Assembly: GCF_000018105.1 (NCBI RefSeq)
Contig: NC_009928.1
Coordinates: 30,001 to 62,000 of the forward strand
DNA: 32,000 bases
Direction: 5' to 3'
Origin: Acaryochloris marina MBIC11017
GTDB lineage: Bacteria; Cyanobacteriota; Cyanobacteriia; Thermosynechococcales; Thermosynechococcaceae
Numbering within the stretch: position 1 is the first letter of the stretch; every line of letters starts with the position of its first letter. Under the pieces are notes generated by a model. The model was not told the DNA's origin and did no database searches. It was given only the letters and a program-made list of their open reading frames with translations. Both the position numbers and the translations under genes were made by a program. Below, piece after piece: positions 1-8,715 of this stretch.

Positions 1-66
1 AGCAGGGGCTATCTGCGTTAGGGAGGGCAGACTAGCCAGGAAAAAGGCAAGTAATTTCTGTTTCAT
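1..66 (-). CDS. N-terminal fragment (22 codons) of a signal-peptide-bearing protein that continues off the left edge
   Basis: Minus-strand ATG at 64-66, then MKQKLLAFFLASLPSLTQIAPA..., open to the window edge. No clear SD. Same strand as the T4SS operon. Confidence 0.25.
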   Translation of the reverse strand, partial: MKQKLLAFFLASLPSLTQIAPA

Positions 67-202
67 AAGGGGAATGCTATGGTGCGATAAATGAATGTAC
101 CGCTCAAGGAAAACGGCCCCATCTGGAGCCGCTATCTGTCCATCCCAGAAGGGAAAAACTAAAAATGATTGATTGACGATCTACAGCTCAACAAATTGAG
201 GT

Positions 203-343
203 TCACTGATCATTTCCTGAATTCTTTCCAGAATCCTTGAGCAGCAAAATCCAGGCGATAATCCCCAAAATCCAGCCAATGGGGCCTGAGAGGAGCAGGA
301 ACGGTGTGAGGACGATCAGGAGAATGACAAGACAACCTTTCAT
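203..343 (-). CDS. Small (46 aa) hydrophobic membrane protein, translationally coupled to the upstream VirB10-like gene
   Basis: Not in the ORF track (shorter than 60 aa). Its ATG at 341-343 directly abuts the TAG stop at 344-346 of the upstream gene (TAGATG). Translation is MKGCLVILLIVLTPFLLLSGPIGWILGIIAWILLLKDSGKNSGNDQ, which gives two predicted TM helices. Confidence 0.45.
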   Translation of the reverse strand: MKGCLVILLIVLTPFLLLSGPIGWILGIIAWILLLKDSGKNSGNDQ

Positions 344-1792
344 CTAAACCCCCTCCACGAAGTAAATTTCCACTTCCTTATCAAAGTGATAGAGGCCACT
401 GCGAGAACGACTAGAGCGATTGGGAGCAAAGCTATTCACGAGGGATGAGGCTCTATCTCCCACACTGCTAGAGCGAAGCTGGTCAATGCCGACGTTCAAG
501 CCCGCTCTCAAGAGTTTGTTGCCAAAGCCTTCTCCTTGGCCTTTGAGCTTGGCTTGCAGATAGGGAGACTGCTTATACTGGACAACGGCAACAGGCGTCT
601 TTCTAGCCTCTGGTGAGTCATCCGTCAGATTGACATGCTCAATGGGCTGCTGATTGACTTCCACCACTTGCATACTCAAGAAGTCGCCCTCCGCACTGGT
701 CACTTCAGCAATGACTTTGGAGCCTTTCTTCGCCATTGCCCCTAAGTCTTCACTCAAGGTCAACAGATACCGCTGACCGATGATCGCGTCACTGTTTTGG
801 GGTATCCAGGTAATCGGGTTATCGAGCTTGGCCTTGGCGGTCGTACCAGGGGAAATCAGTCCTTTACCCAATGGGCTACTGCTAGCGGGATAGAGGGCAG
901 TGGGTGTATCGGATACCTGATTATCTTCCAGCAAATCACCCGTCAAAGAAGCCACCAGTATTCCTTGGGGTGGTGTAGGTGGCACTTTAGCAAAAGGTTT
1001 CGTGGTAATCGGTTTACGGACGGGGTGAGAGGTGGATACCTTGATGGGACGAATGGGCTTTGGCGTAACAGGTCGAGCAGGCTGCACGGGCTTCGGAGTA
1101 AAGGCCGACTGCTGGGCAAGGCTAAAGTTAGCAGCAGGCTTGGGGGCTTGGGCGACGGGTCTCGGGGCGGGGGGTCTAGCCGCAACCGCAGGCTTGGGAG
1201 CAGGTCTATTGCGATAAACGATTCGAGGTTGAGATGGGGGTACAGACCGACGCACCTGGATGGGTCGGGTCACCCGATGAGCTGCACTGGGCGGTCTGCG
1301 GTTAGGCTGGGCTGGCTTTGTCTTCGGCACCACTATCGGCTTCTGGGGAACCGCTGTGAGCTTGTTCTGACCAGGGGCATTGGTCACATTCCCCGTTTCA
1401 TACTTCTGCTTTAGCTCAGAAATTTGAAGGGCTTGGCTCTTGATAATGGCATCCTTATCATCCTCTGGCATCCCAATTGTGGGTTGGGGCCTGGTGGCAA
1501 CCGCAGGCTTGGGAGTATCACTGTTCCCCGATGTCACGGCTTGAACCACCGCCAGAATCAAAAAGATACTCCCTCCAATCACCCCAATCTGGATGGGTAG
1601 CCGTCGCCTTGTCTTGGTCGGGGTCTGGGCATCAAACTCATGGGTCAGTTCCGGTAAATGGAAGTCTTGCAGAGTGGCGGGTACGGGTTCTTGTGGTTGT
1701 ACCTGTGATGGGTCTGGCTGGGTTGGTTTGGCCTTGGGCTTGGTCTTGTTAATCGCAGCTAGGGCTTCTTTCTTGGTCTTGATCTCGCTCAT
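344..1792 (-). CDS. VirB10/TrbI-like T4SS component (bitopic, proline-rich)
   Basis: 482 aa. It has a short cytoplasmic N-terminus, one TM (IQIGVIGGSIFLILAVVQAV), a ~200-aa Pro/Lys/Arg-rich spacer (PKP/RPx repeats) and a ~200-aa beta-rich C-terminal domain. This is the VirB10/TrbI layout. Its ATG overlaps the upstream stop (TAATG at 1790-1794). Confidence 0.6.
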   Translation of the reverse strand: MSEIKTKKEALAAINKTKPKAKPTQPDPSQVQPQEPVPATLQDFHLPELTHEFDAQTPTKTRRRLPIQIGVIGGSIFLILAVVQAVTSGNSDTPKPAVATRPQPTIGMPEDDKDAIIKSQALQISELKQKYETGNVTNAPGQNKLTAVPQKPIVVPKTKPAQPNRRPPSAAHRVTRPIQVRRSVPPSQPRIVYRNRPAPKPAVAARPPAPRPVAQAPKPAANFSLAQQSAFTPKPVQPARPVTPKPIRPIKVSTSHPVRKPITTKPFAKVPPTPPQGILVASLTGDLLEDNQVSDTPTALYPASSSPLGKGLISPGTTAKAKLDNPITWIPQNSDAIIGQRYLLTLSEDLGAMAKKGSKVIAEVTSAEGDFLSMQVVEVNQQPIEHVNLTDDSPEARKTPVAVVQYKQSPYLQAKLKGQGEGFGNKLLRAGLNVGIDQLRSSSVGDRASSLVNSFAPNRSSRSRSGLYHFDKEVEIYFVEGV

Positions 1793-2511
1793 TAGAAATC
1801 CTCTATTGATGTAATCATCAGGCCGTGACGCTGGTACTTGGTGATCAGGTGGTTGAGTTGGCTATAAGAGTCCCCAAACAGTCGCTGGGCTTCCCCTTCC
1901 GTGGGAATCACCGCCTCAACCACGAGCTTTTTATTCAATTTCTCCGGGAAGGATTTACCGTCCTTGGACCGATGGGTACGGATGGAAATCACATGGATCT
2001 GCCACTGACCCGGTTGGATCTGGGTGAGATGGATATCCGTATCCCGCTTAATCTCAACGACGCTCTGCCATTGACCCGACAGGTATTCTTGGATCGGCTG
2101 CTGAGCTTTCTCATATTTCTGATGCTCAATCTCTAGCCAGCCGTCCCGGAGCAGGGGGTCGATGGACTGGGCTACGGCAAATAGCTCCCCTGGATAAATG
2201 TGGTCGTTATGCTTCTTGGGAGGACTGCCCCCATTCCAGGTCCAGCCCACTTTGACGAGTTCATAGGCATAGGTTCTCAGGAGGGCGTCCTCCCGATGCA
2301 AGGGGTCCACTTTTTCAGCCTGGACGGTCTCATCGTCCTGGGTCTGGACGTAGATGGTGGATTGGTCTGATGCGAGTTGGGCACTGCGGGAGCTGGAGAG
2401 GAACGCTCCACAGCTTGAGAAGAAGTTGAGGGTGAACACCCCCAAAATGGCATACAGCACATAGGGGGGCTGCTTCTTGTGGGTTTCGGTGGGATCTTGG
2501 AGTTTTAGCAT
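1792..2511 (-). CDS. Bitopic T4SS-cluster membrane protein, possibly VirB8/TrbF-like
   Basis: 239 aa with an N-terminal TM (YVLYAILGVFTLNFFSSCGAFL) followed by a ~190-aa soluble domain. The size, topology and operon position match VirB8. There is no motif-level proof. Confidence 0.5.
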   Translation of the reverse strand: MLKLQDPTETHKKQPPYVLYAILGVFTLNFFSSCGAFLSSSRSAQLASDQSTIYVQTQDDETVQAEKVDPLHREDALLRTYAYELVKVGWTWNGGSPPKKHNDHIYPGELFAVAQSIDPLLRDGWLEIEHQKYEKAQQPIQEYLSGQWQSVVEIKRDTDIHLTQIQPGQWQIHVISIRTHRSKDGKSFPEKLNKKLVVEAVIPTEGEAQRLFGDSYSQLNHLITKYQRHGLMITSIEDF

Positions 2512-2540
2512 GGGTCTTGCAATTGGGAATGAGGGGGCTG

Positions 2541-3926
2541 TTATCGATTTCTCAAGGCTCTGGAGGTGACGGCTGAACTCGCGGATAAGGCAGCGGATGA
2601 CACAACGGTCACTGCTGCTCCCACGGTGGTCACCACAGCTCCCGTATAGACCCCTGATGCAGCTAATGCCCCCACCGTCACCGCAGCCGTGGCGACTGCA
2701 GGGGCGACATAGCCTAAGAAGGTAGCAAAGGCGGCTCCTTGATCCGCGATGGGGTTATCCGTCAGATAGATCGCCCCAAACCCAATCACGAAGATATAGG
2801 CGAATCGCACTAGGGCAATAATGACCAGGGCTTTCAGGTACTGCAAAACAGCCCACTTATGACCCGCTATCGGTAGGGTGGAATAGATGATCATGATTGG
2901 GGCTAAGATCCCTGACAGAATCAAGGCCAGTTCTTGGCCGGAGACAAACCAGTATTGGATCTGGAGGGGACCTTCAATAGAGACGGTCCGTACCGCATTC
3001 TCTTTAACCACGTTGAAGCCATGTATGGCATCATCAATGGGGTTCAAGGTGTTAAATATCGCGGCACTAATGCGGCCTAGATCGGCTTGAATCCCTTTCT
3101 TACGACTTTCAATCACTTGCTGAGCTGTCTCACAGCTCGGGCAGTCTTTCTTGATGGCAGCCTCATCCCGTTCCAGCTTTTGGGCTAACAACTCCAAGCA
3201 GCGCACGGCGGTTTGCACTTTCGAGGCTTGAACCTGGTCCAGTCCTTGACTGGAAGAAGCGGCTGCGGGGTCTCTGAGGGTGATCGCTGGCAGACGAGAA
3301 CAGCTCGCAGACTGGCGGTTATATTCGGCTATCGCTGAGGCCGCATGAATCTTGTCCTTGAGGGCATCCCGGACCACTAGCCCCGCCCATTGGGAATCGA
3401 GGATCAGTTCGCTCCCTCGATTCGCCACCTCCCGAAAACTCCAGGCAACGGCTTTCGCCCCCCAGCCATAGTTGAGGGTAAAGGCGAGGAGTAAGACGAT
3501 GGGGACGATCTGCTGCAAGACAATCCGATGGGTTTCCCCACTCAAAAAGCTGTATCCCGCTCTCGCCATCAGCACGAGGCAGGCCACGAGCAGAAAGGGC
3601 AGCAGGATGCTAAACATCGCCTTGTTATTGACGGTCGTCCGGGGATTATCTCCGAGGATGTCATTCCACAACTCATCCCACCATTGGGAGGTCTCAAACA
3701 TGCGGATCTTGGACTGCCGCAGCAGGTCTACACCCACGGAAGGGTCGAGGTCCTCATTAATGGCATGGGCTGACACTTCACCCAAGGCGATAAACAGTAG
3801 GGTGAGACCGATGACGGACACTATCGTTCTAGGGAGTGGTCTCTGAATATAAGCCAGGAATGTAGAGGTAGTTGAAGCTAAGCTGCTCCCGCAGAGCAGC
3901 CTGGTCTTGGGCACGGTGTCGTTCAT
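2541..3926 (-). CDS. Polytopic membrane protein, VirB6/TrbL-like
   Basis: 461 aa with at least 6 hydrophobic helices, a central soluble loop and an Ala/Val/Thr/Gly-rich C-terminal tail. It lies directly downstream of the secreted helical protein and VirB4, as in trbJ-trbL / virB5-virB6. The 98-nt overlap with the upstream ORF would disappear if the GTG at 3819-3821 is the real start. Confidence 0.6.
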   Translation of the reverse strand: MNDTVPKTRLLCGSSLASTTSTFLAYIQRPLPRTIVSVIGLTLLFIALGEVSAHAINEDLDPSVGVDLLRQSKIRMFETSQWWDELWNDILGDNPRTTVNNKAMFSILLPFLLVACLVLMARAGYSFLSGETHRIVLQQIVPIVLLLAFTLNYGWGAKAVAWSFREVANRGSELILDSQWAGLVVRDALKDKIHAASAIAEYNRQSASCSRLPAITLRDPAAASSSQGLDQVQASKVQTAVRCLELLAQKLERDEAAIKKDCPSCETAQQVIESRKKGIQADLGRISAAIFNTLNPIDDAIHGFNVVKENAVRTVSIEGPLQIQYWFVSGQELALILSGILAPIMIIYSTLPIAGHKWAVLQYLKALVIIALVRFAYIFVIGFGAIYLTDNPIADQGAAFATFLGYVAPAVATAAVTVGALAASGVYTGAVVTTVGAAVTVVSSAALSASSAVTSRALRNR

Positions 3927-4980
3927 CTTTGTATAGCTCCAGTTCAGCTCGGATTTGTTCTTGGAGAGTGAGTTCTGAGGCGCTTAAGTGCAGCCCCGTC
4001 GTGCGCTGCTGATGGGCAAGGGCAGAGCCAACCACGAGGGCATCTGAGGACTTCTTCTGCTCCTCTTGACCCGATACGACGTTGCTCAGTATGGCTCCAT
4101 TGGTTGCGGTTCCTTGAGCCATCAGGCTGTTTTGAGCGGTGAGGGACTTGAGGACTGCTTGGGAGGACTTGAGGGTTTGGGCTTTCTGACCCGTCTCCCC
4201 AACAGAGGTCGCAATCCCAGCCCCCGCTGTGGCTTGCTCTTTGCTAGCGGCACTGAGCTGCACGAGGGCTTGTGTGGACTCAATGGTGTTAACCACGGAC
4301 TGCTGCACCTGCTCTCCCTGCTGCTGAATCAAGGCTTGACCATCTTCAGAAAAGACGAGCTGAGTCATCAGTTGGGGGAGTAAGGCTTTACGGGCCTCGT
4401 TGTTGCGGGCTTGGGTATACACCTGAAAGGGGTCTTGGGGATCCGAATAAATGGGGTCCTCAGATCCACTGCCTCCTTGCTGGCTCCCGCTGGTGCCGTT
4501 GGTGCCCAACTTGTCGTAATTGGCGAGGATAGACGAGACGGACCCGCTTAGGATCCGCTTCAGGGAGAAGTTATCGATTGCGTCATAAATGGCTCGGCCT
4601 ACCTTGTAGGCATCAAGCGCTTTCTGTCCATATTCATAGACCTTGAGAATTTTGCGTTGAGTCTCATTGATCACCCTCGCTTGTCCAGGTTTCTGCTTGG
4701 GTCCCAGGACATTAAAGACCGTGCCGAGGAGACCACTAGGGAGCTGAGCCGTGGGTACTTCCGTATAGGTGGCCGTATCTAGAGGATTATCCTTGGCTAT
4801 CGTCACATCCCCCGTGGGGATGGGCACATCAGGGAAGGTGGTGGGTGCGGTGGTAGTCGGTAAGGTGATATCGCCGCTAATCACGGGGTCGTCATAGGAC
4901 ACCTGAGCATAGGCGGGGACGGTGGTGATGGTAGCTTGAACTGACAGCACCAGAGTTATCAGTAAAGGTTTAGGCTGCAT
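3829..4980 (-). CDS. Secreted Gln/Ser/Ala-rich helical protein (TrbJ/VirB5-like position)
   Basis: An internal ATG at 4978-4980 gives a classical signal peptide (MQPKPLLITLVLSVQATITTVPAYAQ). The ORF-track start at 5046 would add 22 non-signal residues. There is an 11-nt overlap with the VirB4 stop. The mature part is rich in Q/S/A and predicted helices. Confidence 0.55.
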   Translation of the reverse strand: MQPKPLLITLVLSVQATITTVPAYAQVSYDDPVISGDITLPTTTAPTTFPDVPIPTGDVTIAKDNPLDTATYTEVPTAQLPSGLLGTVFNVLGPKQKPGQARVINETQRKILKVYEYGQKALDAYKVGRAIYDAIDNFSLKRILSGSVSSILANYDKLGTNGTSGSQQGGSGSEDPIYSDPQDPFQVYTQARNNEARKALLPQLMTQLVFSEDGQALIQQQGEQVQQSVVNTIESTQALVQLSAASKEQATAGAGIATSVGETGQKAQTLKSSQAVLKSLTAQNSLMAQGTATNGAILSNVVSGQEEQKKSSDALVVGSALAHQQRTTGLHLSASELTLQEQIRAELELYKDERHRAQDQAALREQLSFNYLYIPGLYSETTP

Positions 4981-7900
4981 GGTCTTCCACTCCAATGGTT
5001 TCAACCTCAATCCCTTGTTTGTTGGCCTGGGAGAGCTGATCACCAAAGTCCACTAATCCCGCAACGGGGTCATCAGGATAGCGAGACATCACCCGGTTGC
5101 GGGCTTCGGTTTGCTTTCCTTGGTTGGAACCAACCCCCAAGGTGAAGTTGCTGGGGTTATGGGTGACAATCAGTTGCCGAGACCCCCGCTGCCAGCACCA
5201 GTGGGACTGCTGGAGGGTCTCAGATGCTTTGAAGGAATCATGCTCAAACTTCTTTAATATCTCGGCCTGGAATCCAAATTCTGAGACCAACAGCTCACGG
5301 GCATACTTGTTGACGTAGCTGACAAGTTTGTTCTGGAGGTTGGAAATGACCTTGGATGAACAGCTTGAATTGAGTAAGGTTTTAACTTCCGTCATCCCAA
5401 TCAGGATGTTGCACTTCCACTTGCGGCCTGAGTTAGCGAGGGACCCCACCATCTCGGCAAAGATGGGACGGGTGAGTAGCTCTGACCCTTCATCCACGGG
5501 TAATAGGGTGCGCTTGCCGTTCATGGCTTTGCGGATCAGCAGGTCAAACCCCGCCACCCCATAGACGAGGGAGTCACTATCGTTATCGACGTTGGTCAGG
5601 CCCAGCATCAGGGCATCCACGTTGGCGTCAAAGGAGCTGATGCCATTGATGGAATCGCCTAATGCCGTGGGGATGACACCCTCCAGGAGCAGCTGCAGGT
5701 TCTCAAAGGTCCGCTGCAAGTCTGGGCCGCAGTCATTGTCTTGGATGTACTGGTTGAGCCAACTTTTGGCAAAGGCGACAAACTCCTCATAAATGGGCAT
5801 CTGTGCCGCTTCAGCAGAGCCAAAGGGAGCTATGGAAGCTTTCGTATAGCGCTCTAAGTTGGCCTGATGGAATGCATCAAAGCAGAGACCCAAGGCCCGC
5901 TCAATTAGCAAGTCCTCCATTGGGCTGGACTGGCCCGCCTCTCCCAAGGCAATGGCCTTAAGGATGCGAAGCTTGTTGCGCTTGATAAATTTCCAGGCTT
6001 CCTCATGGGTGGGTTGCTGATAGTCATAGCCCGGTTCACCCGGTTTGGGTAGATCATCAATCCAGGAGACATCGGGCGTCTCCATGACGTTGATGGTGGC
6101 TTTGTCCACAGGCTGATAGGTGGAAGACACATTGAGCTGCTCTTGCGTCTTCATATAAGGTTCATAGCTGGATTTACCCGTGGGGGGTGGGAAGTCAAAT
6201 CCCACGACGTTCATCCCTTCCCGCTGGCAATAGCTCGTCATCTCCAGCATCAGCATGGTTTTACCTGCCCCCGTTTCCCCCGTGACGAGGGTGTGATTGG
6301 GGAAGGTATGGGCTAGATCGAGGTAGAAGGGAATCGGAAGGTCATAACCTATGAGCAACACCCCCCGACGATCCATTGGGGCAGGATGGATTTGGGGCAG
6401 GGTGGGCAGCACTCTCGGGGACATGGTTTTATACAGGTGATTCCCCCCGCCCGGTAAGGTGAGCATGGGGGCGGCACTGATGGCGAGGCTCGTACACCAG
6501 TGATGCTCGAATTTCTGGGTAATCTTGACGGCTTTGGTCCCCTCTAGCTTCTGGGCTAAGGCGTCCAGGTCAAGGTTGAGTTGGTCTACGGAATCTCGAT
6601 AGAGGAAGATGGCGAAGGCGATCCAGAAGGGACGATTGCCGTTGTTCATCCACTCTAGGTTTTTCTTCGTTTCTTCAAGGCGTTCTAAGGCAATGGGGTT
6701 CAGTTCTTTACGCTGGGCGGCATCCCCCATCTTGCGGATGGAGTTCCGCCCCGTTTGCTCCAGGATGGCTCGGGTCAGCCCGGATTTGATGGGCAGCAGT
6801 TCGGTGACCACACGAGCATCTAAGAACAGTTCTCCAGGGGTGGCAAGGGTGTCAAACAGGAATTTGATAAATCCCAATTCCGTGGAGTCTTGGACCTCGG
6901 GGATGGTCCTGAGTCCTTCAAACCGCAGTGCGCCCACATACTTCCCTTTACTCGGCAGGTAGGCGAGGCTTTCACCGAATTGGGGAACAGCAGGTTTCCC
7001 TTTCTCGGGTTCAAACAGGACCCCCAGGCTATGGAGGTGATGCTCACTGACTACTGGATTGGGATCTAAGCCCAGGTCGTCATAGCGAGTGTATTGGGGG
7101 ATGGGGATGCTCTCTTCATGCAGTTCGGCGTAATCCCAATCAAATAGCTCTTGGGCCGTGAGGGGCTGAATTTTATGACCTAAGCCTTCTGCACCCGTGA
7201 GCATCCTCGTCATCCGCCTATAGGAGTTGGTATAGGCGGCAAAGATGGCTTTCTCCCACTGCTCTTTAGATTGGTAGGCTTCCCCCATCACCTTTTGGGC
7301 CACGGTGTCATTCCAAAAGCCCGATACCCACTCGAACACCACATCAGCGGGAGAGTCCGGGGTGTCATAGTCTCCACCGAGACGCATCCGGCATTTAGCT
7401 TGGTAGAGGAGGCGGGATTTAGCGATGCGACCCTCAGCTTCTAGAGATTGCAGGTTCTCAGCGTCGGATTGCAGTTGAGCGGTGGTCAGGGCATCCGTGG
7501 CCTTCCCTAGGGCGGTGGCCGTGGCAATCAAAGGGTCTGAGCAGTCTGCTCTAACATCCAAAATTGCTTTGAGGTCGGTGCCACCGAGATGGCAGATCTT
7601 CTGATTACTTTTATTGAGCTGCTGTTTGGATTGAGCGGGGGTGACGGTCGGGTCCAAACCCAGCACGTCAAACATAAACGCAATTTTGATCTCTCGACTA
7701 TTCCAGTGATGGAGATGGAACCCAACGGTGACCCCTTCAAATTCAAACTGCCCATAGGTCTTAAGGCAGAAGTTATCTTGAATCCGTCTCAGGGGGTCTG
7801 TCTTCTTGGCCTTTGCCATAACGGGCATCCCCACGTTGTCGAACCTTAGGGACGGGCGACCGTCCATGTACGTCGTGGGCTTACCCACCCGCTCCATCTG

Positions 7901-8116
7901 CTGGGAGGGATTGCGGCCAAAAATAAGAATGATGCCGATGCTCGTCAAGGCGATGAAGAGGACGGCCAGCAAAAACCCAAATTTGATTAAGACGGCAAAA
8001 CCCACCCCCAAAACAGCGATGGATGCTCCAAGGTAAAAGACGGGAATACCGTCTAGCATCGTATTCACGGAGAGGATATCTCGTGTTTGACCTTCGTTAA
8101 CGGCTTCAAAATCCAT
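4970..8116 (-). CDS. virB4: VirB4/TrbE-family conjugation ATPase with an N-terminal VirB3-like two-TM segment
   Basis: 1048 aa. Walker A is LVTGETGAGKTM (about nt 6256-6290) and the Walker B-like motif is TLLPVDEGSELL. The N-terminus carries two TM helices (IPVFYLGASIAVLGVGFAVLIKFGFLLAVLFIALTSIGIILIF). A strong SD precedes the ATG (AAAGGAGGACAGCTATG). Confidence 0.9.
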   Translation of the reverse strand: MDFEAVNEGQTRDILSVNTMLDGIPVFYLGASIAVLGVGFAVLIKFGFLLAVLFIALTSIGIILIFGRNPSQQMERVGKPTTYMDGRPSLRFDNVGMPVMAKAKKTDPLRRIQDNFCLKTYGQFEFEGVTVGFHLHHWNSREIKIAFMFDVLGLDPTVTPAQSKQQLNKSNQKICHLGGTDLKAILDVRADCSDPLIATATALGKATDALTTAQLQSDAENLQSLEAEGRIAKSRLLYQAKCRMRLGGDYDTPDSPADVVFEWVSGFWNDTVAQKVMGEAYQSKEQWEKAIFAAYTNSYRRMTRMLTGAEGLGHKIQPLTAQELFDWDYAELHEESIPIPQYTRYDDLGLDPNPVVSEHHLHSLGVLFEPEKGKPAVPQFGESLAYLPSKGKYVGALRFEGLRTIPEVQDSTELGFIKFLFDTLATPGELFLDARVVTELLPIKSGLTRAILEQTGRNSIRKMGDAAQRKELNPIALERLEETKKNLEWMNNGNRPFWIAFAIFLYRDSVDQLNLDLDALAQKLEGTKAVKITQKFEHHWCTSLAISAAPMLTLPGGGNHLYKTMSPRVLPTLPQIHPAPMDRRGVLLIGYDLPIPFYLDLAHTFPNHTLVTGETGAGKTMLMLEMTSYCQREGMNVVGFDFPPPTGKSSYEPYMKTQEQLNVSSTYQPVDKATINVMETPDVSWIDDLPKPGEPGYDYQQPTHEEAWKFIKRNKLRILKAIALGEAGQSSPMEDLLIERALGLCFDAFHQANLERYTKASIAPFGSAEAAQMPIYEEFVAFAKSWLNQYIQDNDCGPDLQRTFENLQLLLEGVIPTALGDSINGISSFDANVDALMLGLTNVDNDSDSLVYGVAGFDLLIRKAMNGKRTLLPVDEGSELLTRPIFAEMVGSLANSGRKWKCNILIGMTEVKTLLNSSCSSKVISNLQNKLVSYVNKYARELLVSEFGFQAEILKKFEHDSFKASETLQQSHWCWQRGSRQLIVTHNPSNFTLGVGSNQGKQTEARNRVMSRYPDDPVAGLVDFGDQLSQANKQGIEVETIGVEDHAA

Positions 8117-8128
8117 AGCTGTCCTCCT

Positions 8129-8680
8129 TTATCGGGTTGCCGCAAAAATCAGGGCACCAATCATGATCATGACGATGATGAAGTAGAGGAGTCCCACCAC
8201 GGGGCGGGACATCTCTTGAATATCCCCACCATGATGAGAGTGGCCCAAACTGTTCTTACCCGCAAAGCCAATGGCACCGAGAACCACACCCGCGAGGATC
8301 AGCCAGCCAATCCCGCAGACGGCTCCCGCCAAGGAGAACCCTTGGACATTCAGCCAACCCAAGCCCCCAATCATGGCCTTCCCAAAACCTGGGATAACGT
8401 CGAAGCCATTACAGACGGAATCGGGTACGTTCAGTTGCGCTTGGGCATATTGCTGATAGCCGATGGTGATGCTCACGGTTTGCAGGCCCGCGAGGACATG
8501 GGGAGATCTGCGGATAATTCTGCGCCAAGCGATGGCTGATGCTGTGATGGCGAGACAGGCGAGAGAGGTCGCTTGTAGCCAGGGCAGATTGTAGATCAGG
8601 CCGATGATAAGAAAGCCACTATAGCCAAACCACCAGGGCTGTTTTGAGGTTTTTTCGTAAAGGATCTTGAGTCGTTTCAT
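8129..8680 (-). CDS. Polytopic membrane protein of unknown function immediately upstream of VirB4 (pilin/VirB2-like role only speculative)
   Basis: 183 aa with about 4-5 hydrophobic helices and Gly-rich TM segments (GGLGWLNVQGFSLAGAVCGIGWLILAGVVLGAIGFAG). An SD (AGAGG) lies upstream of the ATG at 8678-8680. Confidence 0.6.
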   Translation of the reverse strand: MKRLKILYEKTSKQPWWFGYSGFLIIGLIYNLPWLQATSLACLAITASAIAWRRIIRRSPHVLAGLQTVSITIGYQQYAQAQLNVPDSVCNGFDVIPGFGKAMIGGLGWLNVQGFSLAGAVCGIGWLILAGVVLGAIGFAGKNSLGHSHHGGDIQEMSRPVVGLLYFIIVMIMIGALIFAATR

Positions 8681-8693
8681 GGGAGTTGCCTCT

Positions 8694-8709
8694 AATGGAT
8701 CAATGGATC
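8694..8709. repeat. Tandem 8-mer AATGGATC x2 in the 35-nt gap between two operon genes
   Basis: Read directly: aatggatc (8694-8701) and aatggatc (8702-8709). Confidence 0.9.
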
Positions 8710-8715
8710 TAGGGG

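Noticed and set aside
797-1752. Several plus-strand ORFs (797-1414, 1032-1217, 1477-1752) and a minus alternative-frame ORF (943-1185) inside the VirB10-like gene
   Set aside because: They are antisense or alternative-frame shadows of a Pro-rich coding region (Gly/Arg/Trp-rich nonsense translations). They have no SD and are fully nested in a better-supported gene.
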